Shown: in pieces, positions 48,973 through 63,410 of the stretch
Numbering within the stretch: the first letter of the stretch is position 1
Layout: every line of letters begins with the position of its first letter
DNA from: Felis catus
Taxonomy: Eukaryota
Direction of reading: 5' to 3'
Assembly: GCF_018350175.1 (NCBI RefSeq)
Contig: NC_058368.1
Location: 73,346,001-73,410,000 of the forward strand
DNA: 64,000 bases
The notes under the pieces: model-generated
Database searches by the model: none
Told to the model about the DNA's origin: nothing
What the model saw: only the letters and a program-made list of their open reading frames with translations
Position numbers and translations under genes: made by a program

Positions 48973-50642
48973 ACAGAGCACGTGCTCAGTCCTAGGTCTG
49001 TGGCCCCTTCCCAATGCTAAGGGACTGTTCCCAGTTGTCACTGGCAGGAGCTTTGCCATCATGGGGTTTCTCACCCCTCCTGTAGTAGCGGCTCCCTCAG
49101 ATAACCTCTCTTTGCCCTGGAAGAGCATGGCCCGGTGCTCTGCCTCCCTCCTGGTCCCTCTCCTTCTCCCCTGTGACAGTGAGACATCCAAACGTAATGG
49201 CTGGAATCCCAGCCTGGGTCTCTGCTCTCTGGTCCTGGCTCAGGCACTGATGAGTCACATCACTTGACCCCCATGGGTCTCATCTAGAAAATTCAGCTGG
49301 TGTATTCAGTGTGTCTGTTTCAACTCAAAATCCATTGAATCTGAATTAACTTGAGTCTTCCTCTGCAGCGTTTCATACTCTCGATGGTCCAGGATTAAAA
49401 GATGCGTTTTTGTCTTTCTCTGCAGGATCTAAGAGAAGCATGCATAGAGAGATGGAGAGGAAGGAAATGAAATCCTTTTCATTTCCCCAATCTTCAAAAA
49501 TCCTCTTGAACAGAGAGAATTTCTTAAGGAATAAGAAAGTAAAGAATAAGCGCTGGCCTTCATTGGTATGAACATAATTAACCGGAGGAGAAAACCACAT
49601 TACCGGTAAGTGAACGAGGGAGCCAGGAACGAAGAGGGCGGTGGGCGTACAGCTCCAAGGTAAAGGGCCGGGGGGTGGAGGGTGTCACAGGCAGGAGCAG
49701 CCTTCCCGAGAGCCCACAGACAGCAGGCAGGAGCAGACACGGTCCCCTGCGCCATGCGGCACGAACCCCCTGCACGCTCCTGCAAAGGTATCGTTTTAGT
49801 TTCCTTTAGAACCCCTGCTTTTCTGAGAGGATTCCAAAGAATTAACCAGCAAATGTATAATTTACACAAGCCGTGTCCGCTCGAGGGTCACACGTGAAGA
49901 ATTTCAGTTCCAGAAGCAAGGAAGGGCAGACGTCAGTTTCCACGATGCAGTTAGGACCACCTGCATTTCCAGTCCTGAAAGGGAAGTGATTCTAGAATCT
50001 TGACCATGCCAAACCCTATCCAAGATGTGACTAGAATATCAAGTGACTGGACCTGTCTTCCACAGTTCTCCTTTTACGTGTGATTTTTAAAGTCCCTCGC
50101 CTGTATCTCAATGATTCCGTGTACTGAGCTACCTCAAAACTCAGTAGCATCCAGGCAGCGATCCTCTCTTTTCACTCATGAGTAGGACTCGGCTGGAGTT
50201 TGATCCAAGCCGCGCTTGGCCCAGATGGTTCCACACCGGAGCCGTTTAAATGCACAATTTACACGAAGAACCGGATAGAGGGACATATGGAAGGGATACC
50301 TTGGTGGTGCTATCAGCATCATGCGGGGGGGGGGCGGGTAGAGATGCTACGGGACACACAGCTCAGATTCCTCAGCAGATACGTGGCACGAGGAAAAAGC
50401 AAGAGGTTCAAGCCACAGGTTGAAAGAGACTTCAGGTACATGCCAGTCAGTGAATCAAATTTGTGGACCTTGGCTGGGTCCCGCTTCAAACAAACTCTAA
50501 AAGTAGAGGTCATGGCATTTAGCAAACAACTGGAAATTGGAACACTGGATTTTTCAACATGTGAATATACAGTACTAAATTATTTAGTATAAAATTTTAT
50601 ATTACATCGAATATATTTTTGGATGTGATAAAGTCCTGTGGT

Positions 50643-50706
50643 TGTGTGTCATATATACGTGTATATATATTCATGTATATATAGAAGTACATGTATATGT
50701 ATATAT

Positions 50707-50743
<37 letters not shown>
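50643..50743 (+). repeat. Compound alternating purine-pyrimidine tract ending in (GT)17
   Basis: Read directly. Confidence 0.95.
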
Positions 50744-50745
<2 letters not shown>

Positions 50746-50861
50746 CCAAATATATAGAAGAAAGGAGATCTGCTATTTGCTTCAAATTAACACAGAAGTG
50801 AAGATGAACAAGGTTTGCCAGGAGTTGAAATCCACGTGGGGATGAGGGTTCATGATTCTTT

Positions 50862-51086
50862 CTTTTTTTTTTTTTTAATTTTTTTTTAATGTTTATTTAC
50901 TTTTGAGAGAGAGACAGAGTGTGAGTGGGGGAGGAGCAGAGAGAGAGGGAGACACAGAATCTAAAGCAGGCCCCAGGCTCTGAGCTGTCAGCACAGAGCC
51001 TGATGCAGGGCTCGAACTCACAAACCGTGACATCATGACCTGAGCTGAAGTCGGACGCTTAACCGGCTGAGCCACCCATGTGCCCC
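50862..51086 (-). mobile_element. CAN-SINE (felid type)
   Basis: TSD catgattcttt. Confidence 0.92.
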
Positions 51087-51495
51087 CATGATTCTTTCAT
51101 CTACTGAGTGAAGAACATTACTGAGCTGTAGTCGTTGTACAATGAGCTGCACGTGATTAAAGTGTATGGTTCGTCTACCTTCAGTATGTTTAAATTTTCC
51201 TAGGAGAGTTTGAAGACAAAGAGTCTTTATAATTGTAATCAATCTGGCTTTTCTGAAAAGGCAGACTTGTATCCATTTAGAAAATAATAAAATAAGCATA
51301 TTTTAATAAGCATATTTTAATAATAAAATGAGCATTTAGAAAATAATAAAATAAGGGATATGATCATCATATCCCTTTGTCCTGGAAATGTGAAAGAAAT
51401 CCACTTATAAGTCTAAGAAGAGACACAGGGGTCAGGTCCCATTGCTATAATACCATGGGGCTTTTATATGTTAGCATTTGGCAACCTTGCTGAAC

Positions 51496-51686
51496 TTTTT
51501 TTTTTTTTTTTTAATTTTAGAGAGAGAGACAGCACAAGCAGGGAAAGGGGCAGAGAGAGTGGGAGATACAGAATCCAAAGCAGGCTCCAGGCTCTGAGCT
51601 GTCCGTGGGGCTGGAACTCAGGAACTGTGAGATCATGACCTGATCCAAAGTCAGACGCTTAACCGACTGAGCCACCCAGGTGCCCC
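51496..51686 (-). mobile_element. CAN-SINE
   Basis: Reverse head and poly-T tail. Confidence 0.9.
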
Positions 51687-51737
51687 TCCTAAACTCTTAT
51701 AAATTCCAATTGTTCCACTGTAGATTATCTGTCGTTC

Positions 51738-51927
51738 CAGAGCCAGCAAACCATGGCCTACTCAAGTTTAATCCATAGCCTGTTTTTCACAGGGTCCACA
51801 AGCCAGGAATGAGTCTTGAATTTTTATAAATGGTTGTAAAATATATATGTGTATATTCCGTAGACATGGTATGTAGCCTGAAGATATTTATTAGCTGGCC
51901 TTTACAGAGAAATGTTTGCTGCCCCTG
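51738..51927. mobile_element. MER58-like hAT-Charlie MITE
   Basis: Ends cagagccagcaaac / gtttgctgcccctg; internal tatttattagctggcctttacag. Confidence 0.8.
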
Positions 51928-52200
51928 GCCTCTATCAACCATCATATCACCCACGAATAGGGTCCCTTTTCTTTCTTCCATTCTAAATGTGCGTGTTTTA
52001 TTCCTCTCCTTTATTACATTGGCTAAAACCTCCAGTATAATGCTGAAAAATGGTGGTAGCTGAATTTTTCATTTTTCCCCCATCTCCGAGAAGAAGCTTT
52101 TAACATTTTATAGTCGTGATGTTTGTTTTAGATATTTCGTAGCCTTCCTTTATCAGAACAAACAAAAATCCCATTCTTTCCTACTTTTCTAGGAATTTTA

Positions 52201-52416
52201 TTTTTTTAATTTTTTTTAACATTCATTTTTGAGAGTGAGAGAGACAGAGCAGGAGCGGGGGAGGGGCAGAGAGAGAGGGAGACACAGAATCCGAAGCAGG
52301 CTCCAGGCCCCGAGCTGTCAGCACAGGGCCCAACGTGGGGCTTGAGCTCATGGACGGTGAGATCATGACCTGAGCAGAAGTCGGACGCTTAACTGGCTGA
52401 GCCACCCAGGTGCCCC
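52201..52416 (-). mobile_element. CAN-SINE
   Basis: TSD ttctaggaatttta. Confidence 0.92.
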
Positions 52417-53049
52417 TTCTAGGAATTTTAATCATAAATCAAAGTTGAGGGGGGAAAAAAGCAGACAATCCAGAAATCTAACTTGAAATGGTTGCAGGCA
52501 ATTAATTGGCACAGGAGCAGGGTATTTGTAAAGTAAATTATCTTATGAAGTTCCTAAGATAATATCCCTTTCCACAATCCAGTATTTTTCACTTTTAATT
52601 AATGGTAAGCCTAAGTTCACTATCACTCAAGATCCTCTCCCTTCACTGCAGCTGAAATTGTATAAGTAGATTCTTCAAAATTGTTAGAAGGACCCTGTCA
52701 AGCTCAGTTTCAAAAGGCACGTGACCAAAGTGCATTGACAGATTCACAGGAGAAATAACAAGGGGGAAATCCACTCCCTAACTAATGTATTCGTATGAAG
52801 TGTATTAAACAATTGAGCCCTTTTGGAAGCCAACAAAGGTACTTTTACGTTTTCATATTATCCTTTGTAGATATTTAGATTAACCAGTTCATCTTAAATA
52901 GGTTCTTTTAGAAAGCTGCTACACCATTATTCTAAGCATACAGGTCGGTTTTATGCACTAGCTTCTCAGTCTTATAAAAGCCCTTTTACTGACAGTCCAA
53001 TTTCTAACACCACTCAACAGACACACTAACGTTTTGAAAGGCATTCTGT

Positions 53050-53487
<438 letters not shown>

Positions 53488-54278
53488 TCAGGCAGCCACA
53501 GCAGACACGTACACTCAGGGAGAACACAAGAAATGTAACCGGGCTTCTCAGCTTTGTCCCCACTGACATGCGGGCTGGACGTAGTTGACCCAGTCCCGCC
53601 GGTAACTCTTGCCTGTGGGGGGTCTGCGCTGAGCACCGTGCGACCTTTGGCAGCACCCGGGTCTCTAAGCCCGGCTCGTGGTGATCAGAAACGTCTCTAG
53701 ACGTTTGTGGGCAAAATCACCACTGAAATAGAACAACGTTAAGCACGTTTTAAGAAACAGTGGTGCGGTGTTGGGAGATTTCAGGATAATGAGCTGCTTA
53801 ATAGAAGAATTCATAGTGCTTTTCCTCTACAATTCTCTTTATCTGAAGATTTGTGTTTTCTTTTATATGAAGTATTCAGCACCCAGTTTTCTTTGTTTTG
53901 TATGACTCTCCCCAACCTAAACTTGTTAACTGTAAGGCATCTTCAGGCTAGTGACAGGAGTCCCCACAACGGACCGCCACGTCTCCCAGGTTGGCTTGAA
54001 CAGGAGAACTGTAAAGGCGTCGGCAGAATTATGCCACACTTGTGCCCACCCCCTGCTCAGTGCTAAGGAACTCACAACCCGCATTTGGGGTATAAGTCTG
54101 TCTTCGCCTTGGATTAACTCGCTTGTGTCTCTTCAAAGGGTTAGTTACAACATTTCCGGCGAGAAATAGGAGACATGTTCCCAACAGGGGCTGGAGAGTC
54201 GTACCTCCAGGATCTGAACTCCATCACCTGGTAATTGGTGGACTGGGCGAGGTAACGAACCTCTCTCAGATGCAGTTA

Positions 54279-54569
<291 letters not shown>

Positions 54570-56861
54570 CTAAAAGAATACAGTTGTCACCTGAACATCG
54601 GCGTGCTGGAAACCAGTAGCGACCCCCCTCCCCTCCCTACCCCTGCGAAATACCCAAAGAGACGTTATTAATAGTTTCAGTTTATGAAGGGGTTCGTAAG
54701 GATTGAAATCTACATTCGATGCCGTATCTGGACCTCCGGAACCTGAAAGGTACAACAGGCGTCACAGGAACTGGAAGCAGACTTTCTCGGTTGCCTCTCT
54801 CAGAAGACCCTGGATCAGTCCATGTCCAGCAACGGGCAGATCAGCTCAGCTCTCAAGTCCAGGAGACGAAGCCTCCAGAACTGCTCCGGTCTGGCCGGGC
54901 CATCCACTCAGCAACAACTGCGGTATAGTGAGCGGCCTCAGGCTCAGCGAGTTCAGGCTGCTCAGGGCTTCATCCGCTGCTCTGGACGGCGGGGCAGGTG
55001 TTCATCCCGTAAGCGGACGTCTAAGAGACAGACACCAGAACAGGGCTTGTCCGGCTGCGGTGTGCGCCACAGCCACCTGGGGCCCGGCCAGGGTGCCCAT
55101 GTCCAGACTGCGTGTCTGCGAGCCTCGGGGCCCTGGCGGCCCTGCGGGTCCACGGCCACACCTCGAGTCGCAGCAACGAGACGCTAGAAAGCATGTGACT
55201 TTTTACACGGCAGCTCAGACGTCCTTTCCCTCTTCCTTCATTCTCTTCTGCCTCCACCTTCTCCCCACCTTTCTACGAAGAGATAAAGGGTATTGGGTCT
55301 GCATGGACAGGTGAGGTGTTTACTCTGAGGGGTCTCGGTTAGCAACACCACGGACTCCAGAGATCAGGAAGCTTCCGCAGAGGAAGTCCCCCGAGTTAGG
55401 AACGTGAATCCTGGGATGAAGAAGCAAGTTGAACTCCAGTTTGTGCACAGTGTTAGCTCTCTTCTTCCTGTGGCTGCTCTGGGCTCGTTATGACGCCACT
55501 TTTGTTTGGGGCCCGGTTGGAGTGGGGGCGGCCAGACCGTGTGAGAAGCACCCCTCGCCGTGGCCGGGGCAGGGGCCCCAGAAACCTAACCCACAGGCTG
55601 CTCTCTCTCATCCCCCCCATCTGTTCATAGTGAATAGTCACACGCACAGACAGATGTGACTCTCCGTGTCTCCTCTCTAGGGACTCGGCGGGGCTGGGGG
55701 AGGGGCATGTAAACGGATCCTAAGACAGGTGAGGGGTGTAAAGGAGGCCCCCTCCAGGGACCCAGGGGTCCAGTGAGAGGTGACCTCAGTGCTGAAGGAT
55801 GAGGGAGCACGGATGGGGCTGGGGGGCATCGAGCGAGGAGTGGCAGGTGGAACAGCACCATCGCAGGTACACGGCACAGAGTTCTCTACTCGGGAAGGGA
55901 GCTCTCCGGCTGAAGACAGATAATGATTTGTGGTGCAGGGACGATGTGAGGACGTGTCACCCAAAGCCATCACAAGGGCGTGCTGTGGAGGGGTTCTCTA
56001 AAGAGGCGGCTGCAGGCTTCCCTCCGTGCCCTGCCCTGGGAGCTGACCCCTGTGGGTGCCATCCGGAGACCCAGCTTGATGAACCCCTGCGTGGTGAACA
56101 CCCCCCTTCCCACTCCTGCTAGCAAACTCCAAAATGTGGACTCTTGGGCAGAGAGCTGCACTGGGCATCACACAAGGCGTCTCCCACCTCCCATAAAGCC
56201 TGCTTTCCCAGCTTTCAGGAAACCCAGGTGCCAAGAGAGGCCAGGCTCATGTGTGAAAGGTGGAGGCCTTACTGAGAATGAAACAGTCCCCGGGGGCAGA
56301 TGTTCCTCCAGCCCCGATCTCCCAAACCCCCCACTCCCCTGTCCCCCCCCACCAAGCTGTCCATTCGCCGCCTCCATTACACCAGGAAGCTGTGGGGAGT
56401 TGGCGGTTTTCAAACGTGTTATGAAGCCAAAGCTTCCCGGGAAGCACATCGGGCTCCCATGCACAGGGGACGAACACCGAGCTTCCTTATCTGGGGGGAG
56501 AGCAGCTCCAGGACCACCCTCCTGGGCCCCCCTAACCTGCCCCCCCAGGACCCAGGACGCCCTCCCCAGGGAGCCCCATGGCGCCTCCACCCACAAAGCT
56601 CAGCATGCGGGTCTGCCTTTGAACCCACACCCCTGTGCCATCCCCCAGTAACTACAGAGCAGCTTGGATCCGGAGCCTCTCGGAGCACAACCAGCTGGCA
56701 TTGGAGGGCCGCTGTCCTGAGCCCCGGTGGCACAGCTTCCCCCAGCGGGTCGACATTTCTGAGCCCTCAGCTCCCCGGCTGTCAGGTGAAAACAATGTTG
56801 CCTTAGCAATTACTTCAGTGAGTACTCAGGACCCTCCCAGAGTGATCGTGCACCACCCATT

Positions 56862-57020
56862 GTGCCCAGTGCACCTCCCAGCATGCCCAGTACACCGCCC
56901 AGTGTGCCCCTTACTCCGCCCAGTGTGCCCCATACTCCGCCCAGCATGCCCAGTGCACCTCCCAGCATGCCCAGTACACCGCCCAGTGTGCCCCTTACTC
57001 CGCCCAGCGTGCCCAGTGCA
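56862..57020. repeat. 21-bp GC-rich minisatellite, ~7.6 units, in METTL21C intron 2
   Basis: Units such as gtgcccagtgcacctcccagc and atgcccagtacaccgcccagt, parsed by hand. Confidence 0.97.
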
Positions 57021-57482
57021 GAAGGAAGATCAGGGAGGGAAGTGGGCATCCACAACCACACAGCAGGAACTAGCGGGGCTCCTGACTCGAAATGCACAGC
57101 ATCTGCCCCATTTCCATGCCGCCCTCGCAGGCTGCTGCAGAAAGGACAGGGAGCCCGGCCTCCACACGCTTCCCCTGGAACACCCACAGCCTGGAAGGGA
57201 AGCCAGCCCTGGGCTCTGATTGTTTTGGGTTTTTTCCCTCAACGTTCATATGAATTTTTCATCTTCCTGACATGTTCAAGCCTATCTTCATGTAGAAAAT
57301 ACTGTTTCAAGAAACACGGCTTGGAGGGAAGTGATGACTCCTGCAGGAGATGCTGTGCCTTTGTGGAGTCCCGGCACACCCCCGCGCCCCTGGGGGCCCA
57401 AAGCGACCCTCCACTGGGGAAGCGCAGAATGCAAAAGCACTTGGCACATTGTCCAAGGCGACCCTGACGTATGGGATTGTCA

Positions 57483-58290
<808 letters not shown>

Positions 58291-60512
58291 ATCGCGGCTG
58301 ATGTCATGGAAGCACAGGTCGTGCAGATTTTGCAGAGTTCTAGAATAAAAAGAGCAGCGCGCGAAAATGTCAGGAGTGGGGATGCCAAGCACACGCACAG
58401 CAGAACGGAAGCTGCTGGTGCCAGCGGTGGGCAGGAGTTAGCAGCAAGGAGCCGGGGGGGAGACCCCCACGAAACCTGCCTTTGCTCCCTGAGGCTCGCC
58501 TGGGACATTTGTCACCACGGGTGGAAGATGGGCTTTGGAAAGGAGCTGACAGGGGCGGTCGGTTCACATTGGAGCTGCTCTCATCAGAAATCTGCACTCG
58601 AGGCGAAAGAGGAGGAGGTGGGGGCAGGGCGCGAATACAAGGTGAAGGGTCAAGGGTCTTTGGAGAAACCCAGTGAGGAGCGCACCCTCCGAGGCAGGCG
58701 GGGACGGAAGCGATTTGGGGTGTCCCTGATTAGTGCGTGCACCGGAGCAGATCTGTGCTGCTGGTCTGCTCACTGGAACAGGCTCACAGAAGACCACAGA
58801 CATTTGGAGTCAGCTCTTCCAAATGTTTACAACCGTGTGACCACGCCTGTTGAATCCAATTGTAAGCAAACTGACAAAACCCGCCAAAACAGGGCTGGCG
58901 TTTTGTCTTCGCATGTGTTTTCATTTTGTTTTTCTAGCAATTAATTTTTGTGGTATTTTACCAAAAAGGGTCAGCGTGCAGCGGACTGAGAAATGGTCTC
59001 AGAGCCCAGCGGAGCATGAGGACTGGTTTGTAGACTAGAATGACGGGCGACCACAGCCCTTCCGGGAGCACTGCTCTTGGCCCCCGGTTCTGATGGAGCG
59101 TGGGCTCCAGCCCCCGGGGGAGAATTCTGCGCCCTGACCTAAAGGTGAGCTTTCCAGAGACCTGGGCTTCACCGAGCAAGAACCTGCTAATACATAGTGG
59201 CCAAGTCAGTCGTGAGACGTCATCCTTTCCTGTCCCGCACCCTGGTAGTGGGGGAAGGAGACTTATGGCCTTCACCCGCCTCTTGTTATGGGAAGCTCCT
59301 GACATCTAACACCACCAACCCGTTATCTGTGAATGACCAAAGAGGCCCTAGCTTCTCCCAGGGAACCGGAGGCTGACTGGGCTTTGCAGAGACGATGAAG
59401 AGGCAGAGGACTAGACCGTGGTTTGCTGATAAATGCTTAACAGTCGGTATGGGGTGAGGGGAGGAAGCACCGACTTTAGGGTCTGATGATTACCATGGTG
59501 TCGATGCTCCCACCATGGCCATTTCCAGCCTTCAGCAGATGCCCTGGGGAAAACTGTGCACCTGCTGACCATGGCGGGGTATTTCCACCACGCAGAGCGA
59601 TGGACACCAATAACCTTAAGCGCATAGATAATCTTAACGATCATCTTATAATGTAACAAAATAGGTCATGATGAGTTGTATTTATTACCTTAGCCTTTAA
59701 ATATACCCTTGGCTTTTATCTGATCTATTGAGTGGTAAGTTTTTCATAACTTACATTTCAGTAATGGCCATGTTTAACAACCACCCTCAAAAAAATCCCT
59801 GAAATTCAGGAGCTGGTACAGGCCAGTCGGTACAAGGAGCCAGTCCAGGGCAACTCCTTTTTCCTCTGAGGTTTCGTCACTGGAGTAGGTGACTCGGAGC
59901 AGCCAGACCAGCAGGGACTCATGCCAGCTCCTGCAGGCTTCCCTCCGCCACTGTGGCTCAGACGGCTCCTTCCCTTCCTCCTTCGTCTCACCAGCTGGGG
60001 ACTTACTTTTCACTGACCGCAGGAAAAGTCAATGGGCTGATTGGGAACGGCTCACCGGTTCATAGGCTAATGAGCTGATAAGTCCTGTTTTCCCAATCAA
60101 CCTTGGACAGTAACGGGAGCATACAAATATTGTCCCATAAGACCCTTCCACGTCCTACAAAGATACTTTGTGTTTGTTGCACATTAAACATTTTCACTTA
60201 TTGTATCGATGCTAGTCTGAGAGTGTTAGATCAGGATTTAGAGATACAAATACCTTTCTCTGTAAACTAGTTTAGCAAAAATAAACAGTCCTGATTTAGT
60301 TGAGCTGGAACATAATTTTACCATGTTAAATGGTTATAAAGGTTTGAAATGCTGTATCTTGGCTTTTCTGACATTCATCATTACGTCTACCATTTATTAC
60401 TACTGAGTCCCTCTGTGCAGAAATGCAACCCACGTATGATACAGTTGCCGGGGAGAACATTCTGGCGAAAAGCCGAAGCGAATCAAGATTTTGTTTCTTT
60501 TTAAAAGTTCTA

Positions 60513-60736
60513 GGGGCTCCTGGGTGGCTCAGTCGGTTGAGCGTCCGACTTTGGCTCAGGTCATGATCTCACAGTTGATGGGTTTGAGCCCCTGCGTCGG
60601 GCTCTGGGCTGACAGCTCAGAGCCTGGAGCCTGCTTTGGGTTCTGTGTCTCCCTCTCTCTCTGCCCCTCCCTCACTCATGCTCTGTCTCTCTCTGTCTCA
60701 AAAATAAATAAGCATTTTAAAATATTAATAAATAAA
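60513..60736 (+). mobile_element. CAN-SINE (felid type) in METTL21C intron 1
   Basis: TSD taaaagttct. Confidence 0.92.
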
Positions 60737-61008
60737 TAAAAGTTCTTATTAACAAAAAATATAACCATTTGAGATTTACAGAAACGCCAAAACAAATTTG
60801 TGGACTTTGATAAGTGCATAATAAACAAAAACAAGGATTGCTTTTAATGCTATGCCTCTGCTCCCGTTAAGGCACTTTTCTACCATGCTTCACTATAGGA
60901 ACCTTCTAGAGTTAATAGGAAACGGGAACTCTTGTCACGGAAGTTAGCTGGAAAATGCCGTGGCCAGGGAGACAGCTGAGAAGGTGCTGCGGTCTGGAAG
61001 GAGGTTAC

Positions 61009-61132
61009 CTCCTGGAGGGCCACCGGTGTCTTCTTCCCGGGGAGCCCCCTCCGGCGCGGAGCAGCCATCCGGGGTGCATGGTGCTTCCTGCAGGTGCTGG
61101 GGCCGCTGCTCGGAGCTCAGACACGCGTCCAT
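61009..61132 (-). CDS. METTL21C: METTL21C exon 1 (124 nt coding) MDACLSSEQ...TGGPPG
   Basis: ATG at 61132; |gtaacc donor; resembles the METTL21C N-terminus MDVCLSS. Confidence 0.9.
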
Positions 61133-61400
61133 GACCGCAGCTGCTGGAGACCAGAGAAGCGGACAGGCCCCCCGCGCGCTCAGCCCAGGCTGGCTGAGCC
61201 TCCCAGAGGCTCTAAAAGGTGCAGCTTATCGCCTTAGCATCTGCTGAGCCGCAAAGAACCCCTGCTTTTCAGCTTTAGCTCCCCCCGTCGGCAAAGCAGC
61301 TGCCCCAAGGCGCTGCCATCCTGGTTTCGCAGAGCAAAGGAGAGGGGGACCGTTCAAACATCACTCCGCACCTGTTCCGTGCATCAAGAAACGCAAACAC
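61133..61400 (-). promoter_or_regulatory. METTL21C 5'UTR/proximal promoter region, GC-rich with E-boxes
   Basis: CAGCTG at 61138 and 61297, CACCTG at 61369; no clear TATA box. Confidence 0.35.
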
Positions 61401-61919
61401 AGAGCGAGCGTAGCCGGACAGGCACGACGTGGCTGGGTTCTAAACCACATCTCTAATAGCTTTTGGAACCGAATCTTCATGAAGAAAATCTGATCTAGCA
61501 GCGCATCGTACCGTCACGGGTACCGTGTGGGTTGAAGGCTCAATGACATCACGGATGAGAAGGCAGGATTTGAACCAAACCCAGGGCTGCTCCCTTCTCA
61601 GCGGAGGCTTTATCGCCAGATCTAGAAAGCGCTGGGGGCCCGAGCCAGGCGCCTGACCTGGCTCCCCGCTGGGGCGCTTGGCAGCCCACCTACCCCCCTG
61701 CCTGCCGTTTCCTCATCAGCAATGATAGTATCTGCCTGCTTCCTAGGGCCGAGGTGAGAAGCAAGAGGGTGAAAGTGATGAGCCCGGAGAGGAAAACTAC
61801 CAGGTTTCGAAAAGGAGAGCGGGCTGTTGCGATCACTGATGGGCATCAAAATAGTAACCGCAGGACGTGTACTGGTTCCAAGCCCCGCTCTGGTGCAGTG
61901 CGTTGATTCTTCCAGTCCT

Positions 61920-62045
61920 GGCAATAGTCTCTGTGAAGTAGATGCTATTATTATGCCTCTTCTCAGATGCGAGCAGGCCAGGCACAGCCGGATTGAGAGG
62001 CAGCCCAAGAGCAGGGGCAGATCCGAGAGTCAAACCCAGGCTGTC
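61920..62045 (-). mobile_element. MIR fragment
   Basis: tgtgaagtagatgctattattatgcctc...agtcaaacccaggctgtc. Confidence 0.55.
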
Positions 62046-63345
62046 GTGCAGCAGAATCTATCTACGGGCTTCCCCACCAGGCGGGCTCGGCTTGGGTTTC
62101 CCTGCCCCCTCTGCCCTGAAATCACTCATAACACTCAGCTGTCACAGTGACACTTTCGAGTCCTTTGCACAGAACGTGAACGGTCTGCCTCATCTGCGTT
62201 GACCATCCTGAGTTCCTCTCTGCACACCCGAGCTACCCTGTCCTGTCGTCCCAGCTGGGGGCACCGGCTTGCTCCAGTGAACAAACAGACAAAATGCAAG
62301 AAAGCACAGCCCCCGAAGCAAATGGGGCATCGCACACCCGGGACAGGCTGTGTGTGCCTCGCATCAGTGTGCCACAGGACTTCAGACAAATGAGATTCCT
62401 GTGAAAGTAATTTAACATGCTCCTTGGCTCTGCAATCGAATAACCAAATATTTGCCCCAAATCTCCCAACTCCCCACGCCAGCCACAGTGCTCTACCGGG
62501 CTGTGCGTCAGAGCAGAAGTTCTTTCTCTTGTGGGTGCTTACTTGTTCATTCCTTTCAAGCTACCCCTAAAAGATACTGCCTGGTTGTTTATCAGTACAC
62601 ACAGCGTCTTCAGGGAGGAAGCCTGGCACCGTGGTGAGGCGCCCGCATCTGAATCTTGGCTCTGCCCTGTGCATGATGGGGGTACCTACCTCTTCTGGAG
62701 GCTGTGGTAATTAACAGAGGTAAGGCACGCAGAGCATCTCACATACAACAGCAACCGTTTTGTCCGAAGCCAGAGCGTGGTCGTGCGATAAATCCAACAC
62801 TCCACGCAAACCACCCTCACCCAGCACCATGGGACTCCGTGCATTAAATTTAAGACATCTCCCCATTTTGCATGCAAGCGAGGGAGAATTATTTCCAAAT
62901 GACAGCTGTACTTTTCCTTTTGGAAGGAAATGGCTCCCTCCCCCATCATTGTAGTTCGCATGTGAATTTAATTTTTTCCCAGACATCTCTGCACTGAAAG
63001 TAACGCACCGTGCATTGTAGTTATTCTAGAAAATAACTACAGGAATCTACCTAGTGTTATTAGTCAGACGTAGCATGTGGTATATATCGTGTGTTAGTTA
63101 TCTAATAAAGATTTGGGAAGTTTTTAAAATGACTTCTTGTTAGTACCCTCAGAATCATTTCAAACTGTTAGTTTAAACATTACCTTATGTAGAAGAGATT
63201 TGAGATTTCTGTGCACCCTTTAATCCCCAATGTTTTATATAGATGTGCACCTGAAAGGATTAGCATTTTATGAACAAAAGCCAGCCAGTGGAAGCCCAAG
63301 TTATTTAGGGTAGCATGACCCACCAGCACGCAGACACATCTCTAT

Positions 63346-63410
63346 CTCTGAATCTCTCTCTCTCTCTCTCTCCCCCTCTGTGCTACACACACACCCACAC
63401 ACGCACACTC
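63346..63410 (+). repeat. (CT)n followed by imperfect (CA)n
   Basis: Read directly. Confidence 0.85.

Larger units (their letters stand above)
51380..52200 (-). mobile_element. Old L1 fragment hosting a SINE and MER58
   Basis: ggctaaaacctccagtataatgctgaa is an antisense L1 ORF2 motif; boundaries approximate. Confidence 0.6.

Noticed and set aside
52594-52599. ATTAAA on the minus strand as the METTL21C poly(A) signal
   Set aside because: A single variant hexamer in AT-rich sequence is too weak to call without 3'-end data.
56862-57020. CRISPR-like array
   Set aside because: Contiguous tandem units with no unique spacers, in a mammalian intron: a minisatellite.
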